Assembly (NCBI GenBank): GCA_950097015.1
Contig: CATNEN010000003.1
Location: 2,914,001 to 2,978,000, forward strand
DNA: 64,000 nt
Reading direction: 5' to 3'
From: Macrostomum hystrix
Lineage: Eukaryota > Animalia > Platyhelminthes
The notes beneath the pieces were generated by a model, which saw only the letters and a program-made list of their open reading frames with translations, was not told the DNA's origin and did not search any database. A program made the position numbers and the translations under genes. This document shows, piece by piece, positions 12,381 to 25,200 of this stretch. Position 1 is the stretch's first letter. Each line of letters starts with the position of its first letter.

Positions 12381-12632
12381 GTTTGCCTCTCGCACCAAGG
12401 TCCCTTGAGGGCCAACCTCCAAGGCACAGTGAGAGTGTACACTGCCTGACGATGAGAAAGTCAGGGCAGATGTACACACCTGTGTGAGCGTGTGCCTGCG
12501 TACAGTATCTGTGTGCGTGTGTGCTCAGGAGTCAGCGAAATGAGCAGAATTGCCTCCTCACTGGCTGCGGGTCTAGTGTCACCAAAGGATGTGCCATTGC
12601 CCGCAGCCCTCCCGCAATTATTATTTATTGTT
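12381..12632 (+). mobile_element. SINE family A copy, internally deleted
   Basis: Near-identical body to 37596-37950. The head jumps from GGTCCC to TTGAGGGCC. Confidence 0.85.
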
Positions 12633-13202
12633 ATTAGATCGCTGGACAAGAAGCTGTTATAATAAAAAGCTTATAAGAATCGCCGACTGAGTTACAAAAT
12701 GAAGACAGCAGGCACAACTGAAGACTGAAATCCTTTAAGACCCCAGCGAGCGGGGTGCATTAATCTATTTTCCTCCTTCACACTCTCTCGCTCTCTCTCT
12801 CAGTCTTCATGCCTTCAGCAAGTCGGAAAGTGTCGGATTACCCACATAATTCAATCAGATTTGGAGTCAAAGTTAAAAGGCTGCGATCGTAATAACGTGG
12901 GCGGTGAAATTTGACCTAATCACTGAGAGTTACATGAGGGTTTGACAGATAAGGGACAGAGAATACTGAGCGAGGAAGAGGAGAGAAGTGAGAGAGAGGC
13001 AACACAGCTAACTGCTAACTCAGGAAGTCATTTATGTAGACATCAGCCAATAAGAGTCCGACATTTCGCCGCAGCCGCCTCTCACCAATGCCATTCCCCC
13101 ACTGCAAAAGAGATAAAGACACTTAAAATGATAGTTTTAGTAGTTTTAGATAGAAGGAATTATCGAGAGAACCAATTCTAACAAGTCCCAGGAAATCTAA
13201 AA

Positions 13203-16200
13203 ATGGTTGAAACTCCAGAGAAGATGATAGCCATGACTGCGCCAGCAACAGACGAGGCAGCCATTCCGTTGAACTCCCAGGACGATGGCAAGGCGAAACA
13301 GAGCCAGGTTGAGCTAGATGTGGAAGTGTCTGGAGTCTACCAGCCAACTGATAGCAGAGTGCAATGGAATAGTAAGATGGAGTTTCTACTGTCAACAATT
13401 GGCTTTGCCGTGGACTTGTCCAATGTGTTCCGGTTTCCAAACACCTGCTACAGTAATGGAGGAGGTGAGAGAAACGGCTGGCAATCTACAAATTTATACT
13501 TCAATTTATCAGGATAATAGACAGGATTAATGCTCAATTTCAGGCGCTTTCCTTATTCCCTACTTCTGCATGTTGGCCCTGTGCGCCCTGCCTCTGTTCT
13601 ACATGGAGCTGTTACTGGGTCAGTATAATCGGCAGGGTTGCATCAGCATCTGGAACAAAGTCTGCCCAATTATGAAAGGTAATTGCGCTGTGGTGGCTTT
13701 AGCACTTTGAAACATGTTTGACTTGCGCGGCGGTGGGTGTCAGACATGAAGAATGAAGTATTTGAGCTGTGGGTTGATAAGTGTCGGTTATTTAAAATTG
13801 ATAACGTTTCACTAATGGGGGTGGTGGGGTGTCTTTAGAGTGGCGAGCCCTTGGACGGTGACGTGGTGGGTGTCGGTTATTTAAAGAGGCGAGAGTTTGG
13901 CCAATGGGGTATTGGGTGTCGGTTATTCAAGAGCTTGGTTTGTGGGGTGGTGGGTGTCGGTTATTCAAGAGCTTGGCTTGTGGGGTGGTGGGTGTCGGTT
14001 ATTCAAGAGCTTGGCTTTTGGGGTGGTGGGTGTCGGTTATTCAAGAGCTTGGCTTGTGGGGTGGTGGGTGTCGGTTATTTTAGAGCTTGGCTTGTGGGGT
14101 GGTGGGTGTCGGTTATTTTAGAGCTTGGCTTGTGGGGTGGTGGGTGTCGGATTTTCAAGAGCTTGGCTTGTGGTGGCAGTGGGTGGTGGTGGTGGGTATC
14201 GGTTATTTAAAGTGTTATTACGCATTATTCAAAAAAGTAAATATGCATTTGCGAAACGGAATGCAACATGAGAATGACATCAACTATTTTAAAAATCGAC
14301 AGGCGTTGGTGTAGCTAGCTGCGTCATGAACTTTTACGTGGCCCTATTCTACAACTCGGTCATAGCCTGGTCATTCTACTATTTGTTTGCTTCATTCACC
14401 AGCGTATTGCCTTGGACCCGTTGTGACCAGTCCTATAACACGCCACTGTGTTGGAACGATGCCAAGCGCGAGGCTTGTCTAAATTTTAACGGATCAACGA
14501 TTGCTAACTTCACCGATTGGCCTAACAACGGAACCATTTGCAATCCGGATAGTAGGCGTGTTTCGTCAGCTTCAGAATATTTCGAGTGAGTTTTTTTACT
14601 GGCCACCTGATTTTAAGAAAATAGGACTTTCTACAGGATCACACTGCTCTTGCGGGTCGAATATCGTCGAGTATAGTAATAAAAAAACTAAATACACCTG
14701 CCCCAATTGGGCCAGATGTGCAGCCGACCTGAAGGCTGCGCACCATTGTTCAGTCCATGGACTGGGGGGGACGCCACACTCACCCTCAATTACCCCAGCA
14801 AATTCTAATGCCCATTTAACAGCTGGGTGAACTGAAGCAATGCAGAGTTAAGTGTCTAGGTGTCAGGAATCGAACCCCCGACCTTCAAGTCGTGATTCCG
14901 ATGCTCTAACCACAAGGTTACAATGAGACAATAATATAAATCAAGATAAATATATTTATAGTACCATACCTAAGCAAAATAGCGTATTGGGTTTCCAGGA
15001 AGGGACTCAGGTCGACCTTTTGAAAGAAAGATTTTCTGACAAAGTCCTGATTTCTTAGAAACTGTTTACACATTCTAATATATTTCCAGCTTTAAGGAAA
15101 ACGTGAGTTTCCTTTCTATCAAAAACAAAACCCTGGAGCCTTACTAATGAAGGGAAATGAACTTATTTCTAGGAAAAAAGAGACTTAGTTTCTAAGAAAC
15201 GAAACGCAGGTTTCCGGGAAATAAAGCACCTTAATTTCTAGAGAAACAGAACCCTGGATGCAAAACAAGAGAGGCCTTGTTTGGCAAATGAAATATTCTG
15301 TTCCGTTAATTAAAATAAAGAAATTCGGACTCAATGACTCGATGGGCTGACTTTCTTAATCAAATCAACTCCAAAAATTGTCATCAAGCAAAACAGGTGG
15401 ATTTGATTAAAATTCTTTTTTTGTAGAAGCCAGCCAGCTTTGATTAACCGATAGCTGTTATTAGGAAAAAAATGTAATGTGTTTTCTATACCCCAACGTG
15501 TAGATAATTAACATAATGCTAATTCAAATTTAATTTAGTATTGAATAAATTGGCCGTGAATAATTTGTTTAAAGAAACTTGCTTAAAGTACATTCGCTCC
15601 GAAAGTAAATGTTGCTTGCACGTTATAAAAAAGTTCAGTAAATACTTCATTTTTTGTCAGTTTCCACGTACTGGGCCTTAGAGAGGCCACAGGATTTCAC
15701 GATCTGGGACCGCCAAAGTGGGACCTGAGCCTGTGCCTGGCGCTGACCTTTGTCTGCTTGTACTTTTCACTGTTCAAGGGAGTCAAGTCGATGGGAGTGG
15801 TAAGTTTTACATCTCCCTGACTAATCAGTATGACGACCCTGCACTCATCAGTTTGATGACCCTGCACTCATCAGTTTGGTGACCCTGCACTCATCAGTTT
15901 GATGACCCTGCACTCATCAGTTTGATGACCCTGCACTCATCAGTTTGATGACCCTGCACTCATCAGTTTGATGACCCTGCACTCATCAGCTTGACGACCC
16001 TGCACTCATCAGTTTGATGACCCTGCACTCATCAGTTTGATGACCCTGCACTCATCAGTTTGATGACCCTGCACTCATCAGTTTGATGACCCTGCACTCA
16101 TCAGTTTGATGACCCTGCACTCATCAGTTTGATGACCCTGCACTCATCAGTTTGATGACCCTGCACTCATCAGTTTGATGACCCTGCACTCATCAGTTTG

Positions 16201-19200
16201 ATGACCCTGCACTCATCAGCTTGACGACCCTGCACTCATCAGTTTGATGACCCTGCACTCATCAGTTTGATGACCCTGCACTCATCAGTTTGATGACCCT
16301 GCACTCATCAGTTTGGTGACCCACTAAAAAACACACAAACAGGCGGTGTGGATCACGGCTCTGCTTCCCTACGTGGTGCTGAGCATCCTTCTGGTTCGCG
16401 GTCTAATGTTACCTGGAGCTATCGAAGGTATCAAATATTTCATCAAGCCATCGTTTAAAAAACTGCAAGATATCAATGTGAGACTTTCAAATTTTGTGCT
16501 TAAATTTACAAGGCATATAACTTTTAGTTTTAAATTTGACTTTTCTTTTTAAAAAAATTCTACCTACCCTACTGATAGTAGAGATAGTCGAAAAAAAGTC
16601 GATTTTTAGTTGCTTTTAGAAAATAAAAACTGTATTCTGTAAACACAGGTGTGGTCTGCTGCGGCTGTACAAATTTTCTTCTCACTTGGCTCGGGATTTG
16701 GTGTTCACCTAGCCTACGCCAGCTACAACGACTTTCACAACTCGATATTCAACGACTGCCTCATAGCTGCCATGGTCAACAGCTTCACGAGCTTGTTTTC
16801 TGGATTTGTTGTGTTCACCTTTCTTGGCTACCTGTCCGAGAAGAGTGGCACTCCTATTGACAGCGTGGTTGGAGTCAGTAAGTCATATTATAGTCACACG
16901 ATTTCGACTGCCCTCACTCTCATAGGCTCTTAATGCCAATGCGTGCCTAACTGATAAGGTGGATGTCAGTGGGGTTTTCGCTTCCTCTCTCATTGGCTGA
17001 GCCACAAATGTTCCTTCCGGCCTGGTTTAAAGAGTATGTTTCAATATATTATTATTTTTCATTATTTGTAATTTATTGCACGCGTACTCAATTTCTACCC
17101 CCCATGCGCTGAGTCATTTTCTCTCTGGCGGCAACTCATTCTTGGACTTCAGCATGTACGTTTATTTGCCCACCCCAATTAAATTGATTTAAATAGACTA
17201 CTGGTCGTTAGCAGCGCTGAGAGTGACCGCGTTGTTTATAGCCTATAGTTTCAAAGCTCAATTGACGGCCTACTTAGTTTCTTTTCAATAGTTGAGAACT
17301 AGCTCACAAACATTTGGTAGCAGAGCGTGGTTTGTCAAGCCACCAGACATCGCTTATAATAGTGCAAGTCCGAGCTAGCCAATACAGTAGGCAGAAATGA
17401 GCGACGATGAAGAACAGAAGAAACCGCCAGAGCTCGACGTGTCATCGCTGAACGCTCTTAGGCGACAAAAGGCAAAGTGCAAGTCTGCACTCACCAAGAG
17501 CCGCAGTAGGCTCTCGTGGTTGCTCATCACAGACGAAAAGGAGGCCATTCAGAGAGAATGCGAGACCGTCACCAAAGCGTACGAGGAGGCGGCAGAAGTT
17601 CTCCAGCAGCTTTGCGATGAGCTAGAACAGCAACCGGATCCAGGGGCACAGAAAAAGCTGCTCGACGAGATCGACACAATCGAGGACGACTATAGAACAG
17701 CTATGCAGGCGGTTCAGCGGTACCTCATGGGCCGCACAGCACCGCGAACAACATCGACTACAGCTACGGCGGCACCTGAGGAGGCAGCAGCGGCAGCAGC
17801 GGCTCAGCCACTGTGTGGAGCCAGCCGAGGCCAGCGATTCGGATTCAGCGAGGCGGCGCCGGAGCTCCTGCAAAGTCAACAGCAGCAAAATCCGTACAGA
17901 GGATGAAGTGGTGAGTTTGGCTACCTGTCTTCAAACCAGCGAAGGGGTTTCGAGAAGGAGGACGATGATCTAGCCAGCGCTTCTGGTGACTGCTGTGAGC
18001 GTAGAGTGGGCAATTCTTCAGAGCAGCAACTATCGAAGGATCTCTGGAAGATGCTCCGTAGAGTGGAGATTCCTACCTTTTATGGCGACAAGCAGCAGTA
18101 TGAAGCGTGGAAGGCAGCCTTTATGGCTTGCATTGATAGGGCGCCTGCAACTCCGGAATTCAAGCTGCTTCAGCTGCGCCAGTATCTGAAGGGAGCAGCG
18201 CTGAAAGTGATCGAGCACCTGGGTCACTCGGCAGCGGCGTATGAGGCGGCGAAGGAGAGGCTGGAGCGAGAGTATGGTGGCAAGAGGAGGCAGTTGGCTC
18301 TTTATTTAGAAGAATTAGACAGTTCTCCACCTGTGAAGCAGAATAGTGCAGAGGAGTTGAAGAAGTTTGCGAATCTCTTAGACGTTGCTGTTATTAATCT
18401 AGAAGAAGCTGGCAAGAACACCGAACTCAGCGATGGCCTACTGTATGCTAGATTGCAGAAAAAGCTCCCAGAGCCGATGGTCGCAGCGTTTCGCCGTTGG
18501 CTATTCGAGAAAGAGAAAGCAGAGGGTGTAAGGACACTTCGAGAATGGGTGCTGCGTGAGTCCGAGTTCCGGACTCAGGCAGCAGAGATTGTGCACGGAG
18601 TAGCCACTTCCAACCAGGAGCAACCAAAGAAAGAAGGGAAGCAGAAGACTTTCCACGTGATGCATCAAAGCAAAGGCTCAGGCGAGAGGTACTCTTGTGT
18701 TGTTTGCAAGGAGCCGCACGAACTGTGGAAGTGTCCAGTGTTTGCAAAGCTGTCGTCCGAAAATCGATGGAAAGCTGCTCAGGAAGCCAGGGCTTGTTTC
18801 CGGTGTCTAGGACATGGCCACAGTGCTATGAACTGTCGACGAGGTCGCAAGTGTGGCATTGACGGTTGCAGCAAAACACACCATCGTTTGCTGCATTCAA
18901 CAGCAAGATCAGAGGCAAAAGAAAAGCCCGAGGCAGCTTCAGCGGCAAAGCAGCAAGCTGAGAAATACCAGCCAAAAGCAGAAACTGTGACTATGGTGTC
19001 CAGGGAGGCTAGTGCAGTGTCGCTGCGAACAGTGCCAGTCATTCTTAAGTCGAATAGACGTGCGGTGAAGGTCAACGCCTTGCTGGATGACGCCAGCACG
19101 AAGACGTACTTGAATGCAGAGATCGCCGCAGAGCTGGGATTGCAAGGCAAGCAGGAATCAGTTCAGGTGAATGTGCTGAATGGACAAGTTGAGACTTTTA

Positions 19201-22200
19201 TGACAGCGCCAGTAACATGCACGTTGGAGAGTGTGGATGGACAGATCAGTAAGCAGATCACGGCTTTCACGACGGACAGTGTCACCGGAAGCATGGAAGT
19301 CGTAGACTGGCAGAAATTGGCGTCGAAGTGGCCGCACTTGGCTAGCATTCCGTTCGAGAAGATGCAGACACCGCCGATTGTTGATCTGCTGATCGGTGTC
19401 GACTATGCCGACTTGCATTCATCCCGCCTGGAAGTTTGTGGTAAGCCTGGAGATCCGCAAGCCCGACTAACGCCTTTGGGTTGGACGTGCATCGGCAAGG
19501 TTGATGAAGTTTCGGAGCGTTCATTGTTCGCAAATACGTTCTTCAGTGGAAGTAGGATTGAGAACCTGGAGCCATTGTTACGTCAATTCTGGGAGGTGGA
19601 GGAGGTTCAACGAATGGAATCAGCTCTAGTCACAGAGGAAGAGCAGATTGCGTTGGAGCGTACTAGGTCGTCACTAAAGTTCGTCAACGGGCGCTACCAA
19701 GTTGGTGTTCCATGGAGAGCGGACGTGAAGATCCAGACCAACAACTTCGAGATGGCCATCAAGCGGCTAGGCAACACCGAGAAGCGGCTCTTGAAGGACC
19801 TGGAAGTAGCAAAGCAGTACCAGGATGTAATCGATCGCTATGAGAAAATTGGCTACATCAGGAGGGTGCTTCAAAATGAACAAGAGCCTGCGAACCGGTA
19901 CTACCTTCCGCATTTTCCAGTAGTACGGATGGACAAAGCAACGACAAAAGTTCGCATCGTCTTCGATGCTTCTGCGGGAGGCGAACAGTCTTTGAACAGC
20001 CTGATGCTGGCAGGGCCGAAGCTTCAGCAAGATCTGGTTGGCGTTCTGCTGCGCTTCAGAAGACATCCAGTAGCAGTTGCTTGCGACATTTCTGAAATGT
20101 ACCTGCAAATTGAGATCGCACCAGAAGATCGAGCAGCGCACAGTTTTCTTTGGCGGGACATGGATCCGATGAAGGCACCGCAGACATTCGAGTTCAACAG
20201 AGTCGTTTTTGGAGCAACGAGCTCACCATTTCTGGCGCAATTTGTGACACAAGAGCACGCGAAGAAGTTGAAGCATGAGTTTCCTGCTGCAGCAGAAACG
20301 GTACTCCAGTCGACTTATATGGATGACTGTCTGGATTCTAAGAAAACTGACGCAGATGCCCTTCAGTTGTACCAGGAGCTCAGTCAATTGTGGGAGCGAG
20401 CTGGCATGCATGCCCGAAAGTGGATCTCTAACTCAAGAGAATTGCTTGCGCGTGTCGCACCGGAGGATAGGGTCGCGGAGGTGAACCTGGATGGACAACC
20501 GTTGCCGGTTTCGAAGACGCTTGGAGTCGTCTGGAAAGGTGAAAACGATGAGTTCACCTTTGCTGCTGATGGCAAGTCGAGTCCAGTTAAGTCGAAGAGG
20601 GAGCTACTCAAGAGATTAGCGTCAGTTTACGATCCTCTCGGCCTCATTGCACCATTCACGGCACAGGCAAAAATTCTCCTTCAGGAGCTGTGGTGCAGCG
20701 GGCTTGACTGGGATGAAGCGCCGGATGAAGTCCTACAAAAGAGAATCCAAGCATGGTGCGACGACTTGGCGACTTTGAACTGCTTTCGAGTTGACCGTTG
20801 TCTGCAGCTCTCTAGTGTGCCTACTCAGTCTCAGCTACACTGTTTCGTTGACGCTTCTGAAAAGGCCTACGGAGCGGTGTGCTATCTAAGATGCAAGTAT
20901 GCCGACTTCTCAACATCCGTTCGTCTCATCGCGGCGAAGTCTCGAGTTGCACCCGTAGCAACCATGAGCATCCCGAGGCTGGAGCTAATGGCAGCAGTCG
21001 TTGGGCTTCATCTTACGGTCAAGATTGCCAAGGCGCTGGAGATCAACATCAAGGACGCAGTTTTCTGGTCCGACAGCATGAATGTCCTGTACTGGATTCG
21101 TGGCAGAGGCCGTTTCTTCAAGTCGTTCGTTGCGAATCGCGTCGGTGAAATCCAGCAGGCAACTGATCCGATTCAGTGGCGATACGTGCCGACAGCGTGC
21201 AATCCTGCGGATCTGCTGTCACGAGGAGCCAAAATCAGTCAGCTGACCGAGGAGCAGACATGGAAGAGCGGTCCGGAGTTTCTGCATCAAGAGCAGTGCG
21301 CATGGCCAAGCACCGTGCTAGAGCGACCAGAGGGCCTAGAAACGCGGAATTCTAAGAAGAATTCAGTCGCGGCCGAGGTGGTCCTGAGTGCGAATCTTGT
21401 CAGCTGCGAGCAACGCAGAACAATAGAACGGCTTGACCCGAGTAGGTTCTCAAGTTGGCTGCGCTTCTTGCGGTTGAATGCTTGGATCAGTCGGTTCGTC
21501 AACAACTGCCGTTTCGAACCACAGCACCGAACTCGAGGAGAGCTACAACCGGCAGAGCTGGAGGATGCTGAGCTAAGAATCATCAAGGAAGCTCAGCAAG
21601 ATGCATTTAGTACGGAGCTTTCCGCTTTGAAGAAGAACAAGAGCGTTGTTGAGAGCAGCAAGCTGGCCGGCATGCATCCGAAAATCGATCCGAATGGCGT
21701 GATCCGCTCGGAGAGCCGACTGCAGCGAGCCGAAGCACTGCCCTTTAGCACCCGATCGCCGATTATTTTGCCAAAGCACCATCCGGTGACAGAGCTGATC
21801 ATCAAACACCACCACGAAAGAGCGTACCATGGCGGCACCAATCAAGTACTCGCAGCATTGACCGCGCGATTTTGGATTCCAGCAGGCCGTGAAGCCATTC
21901 GAGATTGGGAAGCTAAGTGTTCGGAGTGCAAGAGAAGAAGAGCCAAGCCAGCTTCGCAGTTAATGGCGCCATTGCCTCCAGATCGGCTAGAACCACTAAG
22001 AGCGTTCACGAAGGTGTCAGTGGATTTCGGCGGACCATTCCTGACGAAGCAGGGTCGAGGACGGGTTCGGCAGAAGCGTTACTTGACGCTCTTCACGTGC
22101 ATGGCAACGCGTGCAGTCCACTTGGAGATGGCGTACGGCCTTGATACGAGCAGTTTCCTTAATGCTCTATTTAGAATGATCAGCCGCCGAGGTCAGATTC

Positions 22201-25200
22201 AAGAAATATTTTCAGACAATGGAACAAATTTCGTAGGAGCCGACAAAGAATTGAAAGCGCTGTGGAAGTCGGTGGACAAGAACGAATTGCAGTTGCGCAC
22301 ATGCCACATGCCGATCAAGTGGCATTTTAATCCACCTGCAGCTCCGCACTTCGGCGGTGTCCACGAGTCCATGATTAAGTCGGCAAAGAAAGCGATCAGT
22401 GCGATCCTGACAACAGCAGAAGTCAGCGATGAGGAGCTGGTGACAGCGTTTACGGGAGCTGAGTCGCTGTTGAACTCGCGGCCGTTGACATACCAGTCAT
22501 CGCATCCGGGCGACGATCCTGTCCTGACGCCGGCGCATTTTCTGTACGGACACCTCGGCGGGCAGCTGGCACCAGAGATCGCAGCTGATGAGGCGTTCAA
22601 TCCTACCAAGCGGTGGCGTTACGTGCAGCAGCTGGTGAAGGCGTTCTGGCGTCGGTGGTTGCGAGAGTGGCTACCCGGCCTCGGAGCTAGGAGCAAGTGG
22701 CGGCGAGTGCAGCCCGACCTGAAGCCTGGCGATGTCGTTCTGTACGTCTGCCCTGACAGCCCGCGGGGACACTGGCCGCTGGCTCGAGTTCTGGAGGTGT
22801 ACCCGGGCAGCGACGGCCACGTGCGAGTAGCGAAGGTGCAAGTGGCGGATAGGATGCTGATCAGGCCTATCAACAAGCTGTGCCCATTGATAACTTATTG
22901 AATTTGAGTGAACTAATGACTGATCAATTTATGGACTGCAAACTTTTCGAGAGTTTTGTGTTGAAGTTAAAGTTACTGTTTGACTTTGTGAGGTAGTGTT
23001 TTTTCGAGTGTTTATTGTGTTCAGGGTTTAATGTGTCGTCCCATTGAGACATCTGTGCGTCCACGGCGAATTGTTAACAGGTTGTCGGTTTAAAATTTTG
23101 CGTTTTTCATTATCTTCGCCAAAGTTATATACCAAGTGTTTCAAGTGATTATGTTTCTACTCGTACTTTGCTAGATTAGTGAGAGTTCAGTTGCTTTCAA
23201 TTTGCTTGCAATTGTTAAAAAAAATGAGTCATGCACTTTATTTGCTTAATTGCACTGTACTTTTCAGTAACAGTTTGGTGGCGGTGAATCTTTGTTTACA
23301 ATTTTGCTCGTTTTTTCGCTTATTATTCATTTGCTTCAGTTTAATTAAATATTTGTCGTTTTCAATCAATGTAATTTAGCTTTCATTAAAAAATTTCTAA
23401 CGTTTAGGCTATATTTTGCTTCCACTGCAACTAAATTTTGACGTTCTATGTTGACGCTAACTAGATTTCCCGTTTGCGGTTTTTTGTTTAGCTAAAGTTA
23501 AATTGTCCAATCTAATTGTTCCGGTGCCGTTGCAACGTATTTAGTCATTAGTGTTCACTTGCAACGGGCCTTGCTACACCTCTCTAGCTTCCACTGCGCA
23601 CGTATCAATGATTCTTGTACTACAGTATTGAATGCAAGTCAGGTTTTGCCATAGACATGTCAAGGTGGGGAGTATGGTTTAAAGAGTATGTTTCAATATA
23701 TTATTATTTTTCATTATTTGTAATTTATTGCACGCGTACTCAATTTCTACCCCCCATGCGCTGAGTCATTTTCTCTCTGGCGGCAACTCATTCTTGGACT
23801 TCAGCATGTACGTTTATTTGCCCACCCCAATTAAATTGATTTAAATAGACTACTGGTCGTTAGCAGCGCTGAGAGTGACCGCGTCGTTTATAGCCTATAG
23901 TTTCAAAGCTCAATTGACGGCCTACTTAGTTTCTTTTCAATAGTTGAGAACTAGCTCACAAACACGGCCAATCAGAGCCAATCATCTGACTATGAGCGAG
24001 ATAATAATCCATTTGGTGGGGTGGATGTCAGTGGGGGTTTTCGCCTCCTCTCATCGGCTAAGCCACAATGATTCATTCCGCCCAATCAGACCAAATAATT
24101 TGACTATTAGCCCGATAAGAGCCTAATTTCGCCCCAGCCAATAGAAGAAGAGTGAAGATATGGCAGTAAAGTTTCGTTATAAAAAAACTTATAAATAAAC
24201 TACCATCGCATAAGAGATATATTATTTCTTAACAAAAACTAACGAAAATGATTAATCAATCCAATGCTTCAGACTCCGGCCTAGTGTTTACAGTCTACCC
24301 GGAAGCTCTGTCCACCATTCCTGGAGCGCCATTCTGGTCCGTTCTGTTCTTTGTCATGCTGCTTACCCTGGGACTCGACAGCAGCTTCGGCGCTTTAGAG
24401 GCTCTGCTCACCGCGGTGACTGACGAGTACAAAAAGCAGCTGGAAAAGCTGAAGTACTCCCGAGAGATTGCCACTGGCGTCGCTTGCGTAATTATCTACC
24501 TGTGCGCTCTGCCCAATGTCACTTATGTGAGTGGTTGCCAAGCAACCCTGATTTAAATATTTTAAAACTTACTTTTGCATTCGTAGTTCATCACGCATGA
24601 CACTGACCCCAAAAACAGGGCGGCATGTACGTCTACCGTTTCCTAGAAGAGTTCGGAGCTGGGGTGTCAATCTTGGTGGCTGTCGTTGTCCAGTGCCTCT
24701 GTGTCAGCTGGGTCTATGGTGAGAAACTGCTGCGATACCAAGGCGTTGGCTTGGACCACGCGTGTAACAATGGGGTGGAAAAGGAACTGATGGTTTGGGT
24801 TAGTCAGTGCACATTTGAGGGTTCGAAAAGGCTGGGTGAGCGAGTGTACATTTGGGGGTAAGGGTTTGAGGGTTTAGATTAGTCATGGGGGGTGGTGGAA
24901 GGGTTAGAGAGTTCGATTAGTGAATGTACATAGGGGTGGTGGTGAGGGTTAGAGGGGTTCGATTAGTCATGAATATGCATGGGGGTGGTGGAAGGGTTAG
25001 AGAGTTCGATTAGTGAATGTACATAGGGGTGGTGGTGAGGGTTAGAGGGGTTCGATTAGTCATGAATGTGCATGGGGGTTGGTGGTGAGGGTTAGAGGGG
25101 TTCGATTAGTCATGAATATGCATGGGGGTGGTGGAAGGATTAGAGAGTTCGATTAGTGAATGTACATAGGGGTGGTGGTGAGGGTTAGAGGGGTTCGATT

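Larger units (their letters stand above)
17023..23964 (+). mobile_element. Full-length BEL/Pao LTR retrotransposon in intron 6 of the SLC6 gene
   Basis: 290-bp TG...CA LTRs at 17023-17312 and 23675-23964. 5-bp TSD CGGCC at 17018-17022 and 23965-23969. PBS TGGTAGCAGAGCGTGGTTT follows the 5' LTR, and PPT AAGGTGGGGAGTA precedes the 3' LTR. The internal region encodes a BEL-order polyprotein. Confidence 0.97.

Noticed and set aside
23179-23379. Hydrophobic 66-aa ORF as a possible env remnant of the BEL element
   Set aside because: Short, with a GTG start. The hydrophobicity follows from T-rich composition.
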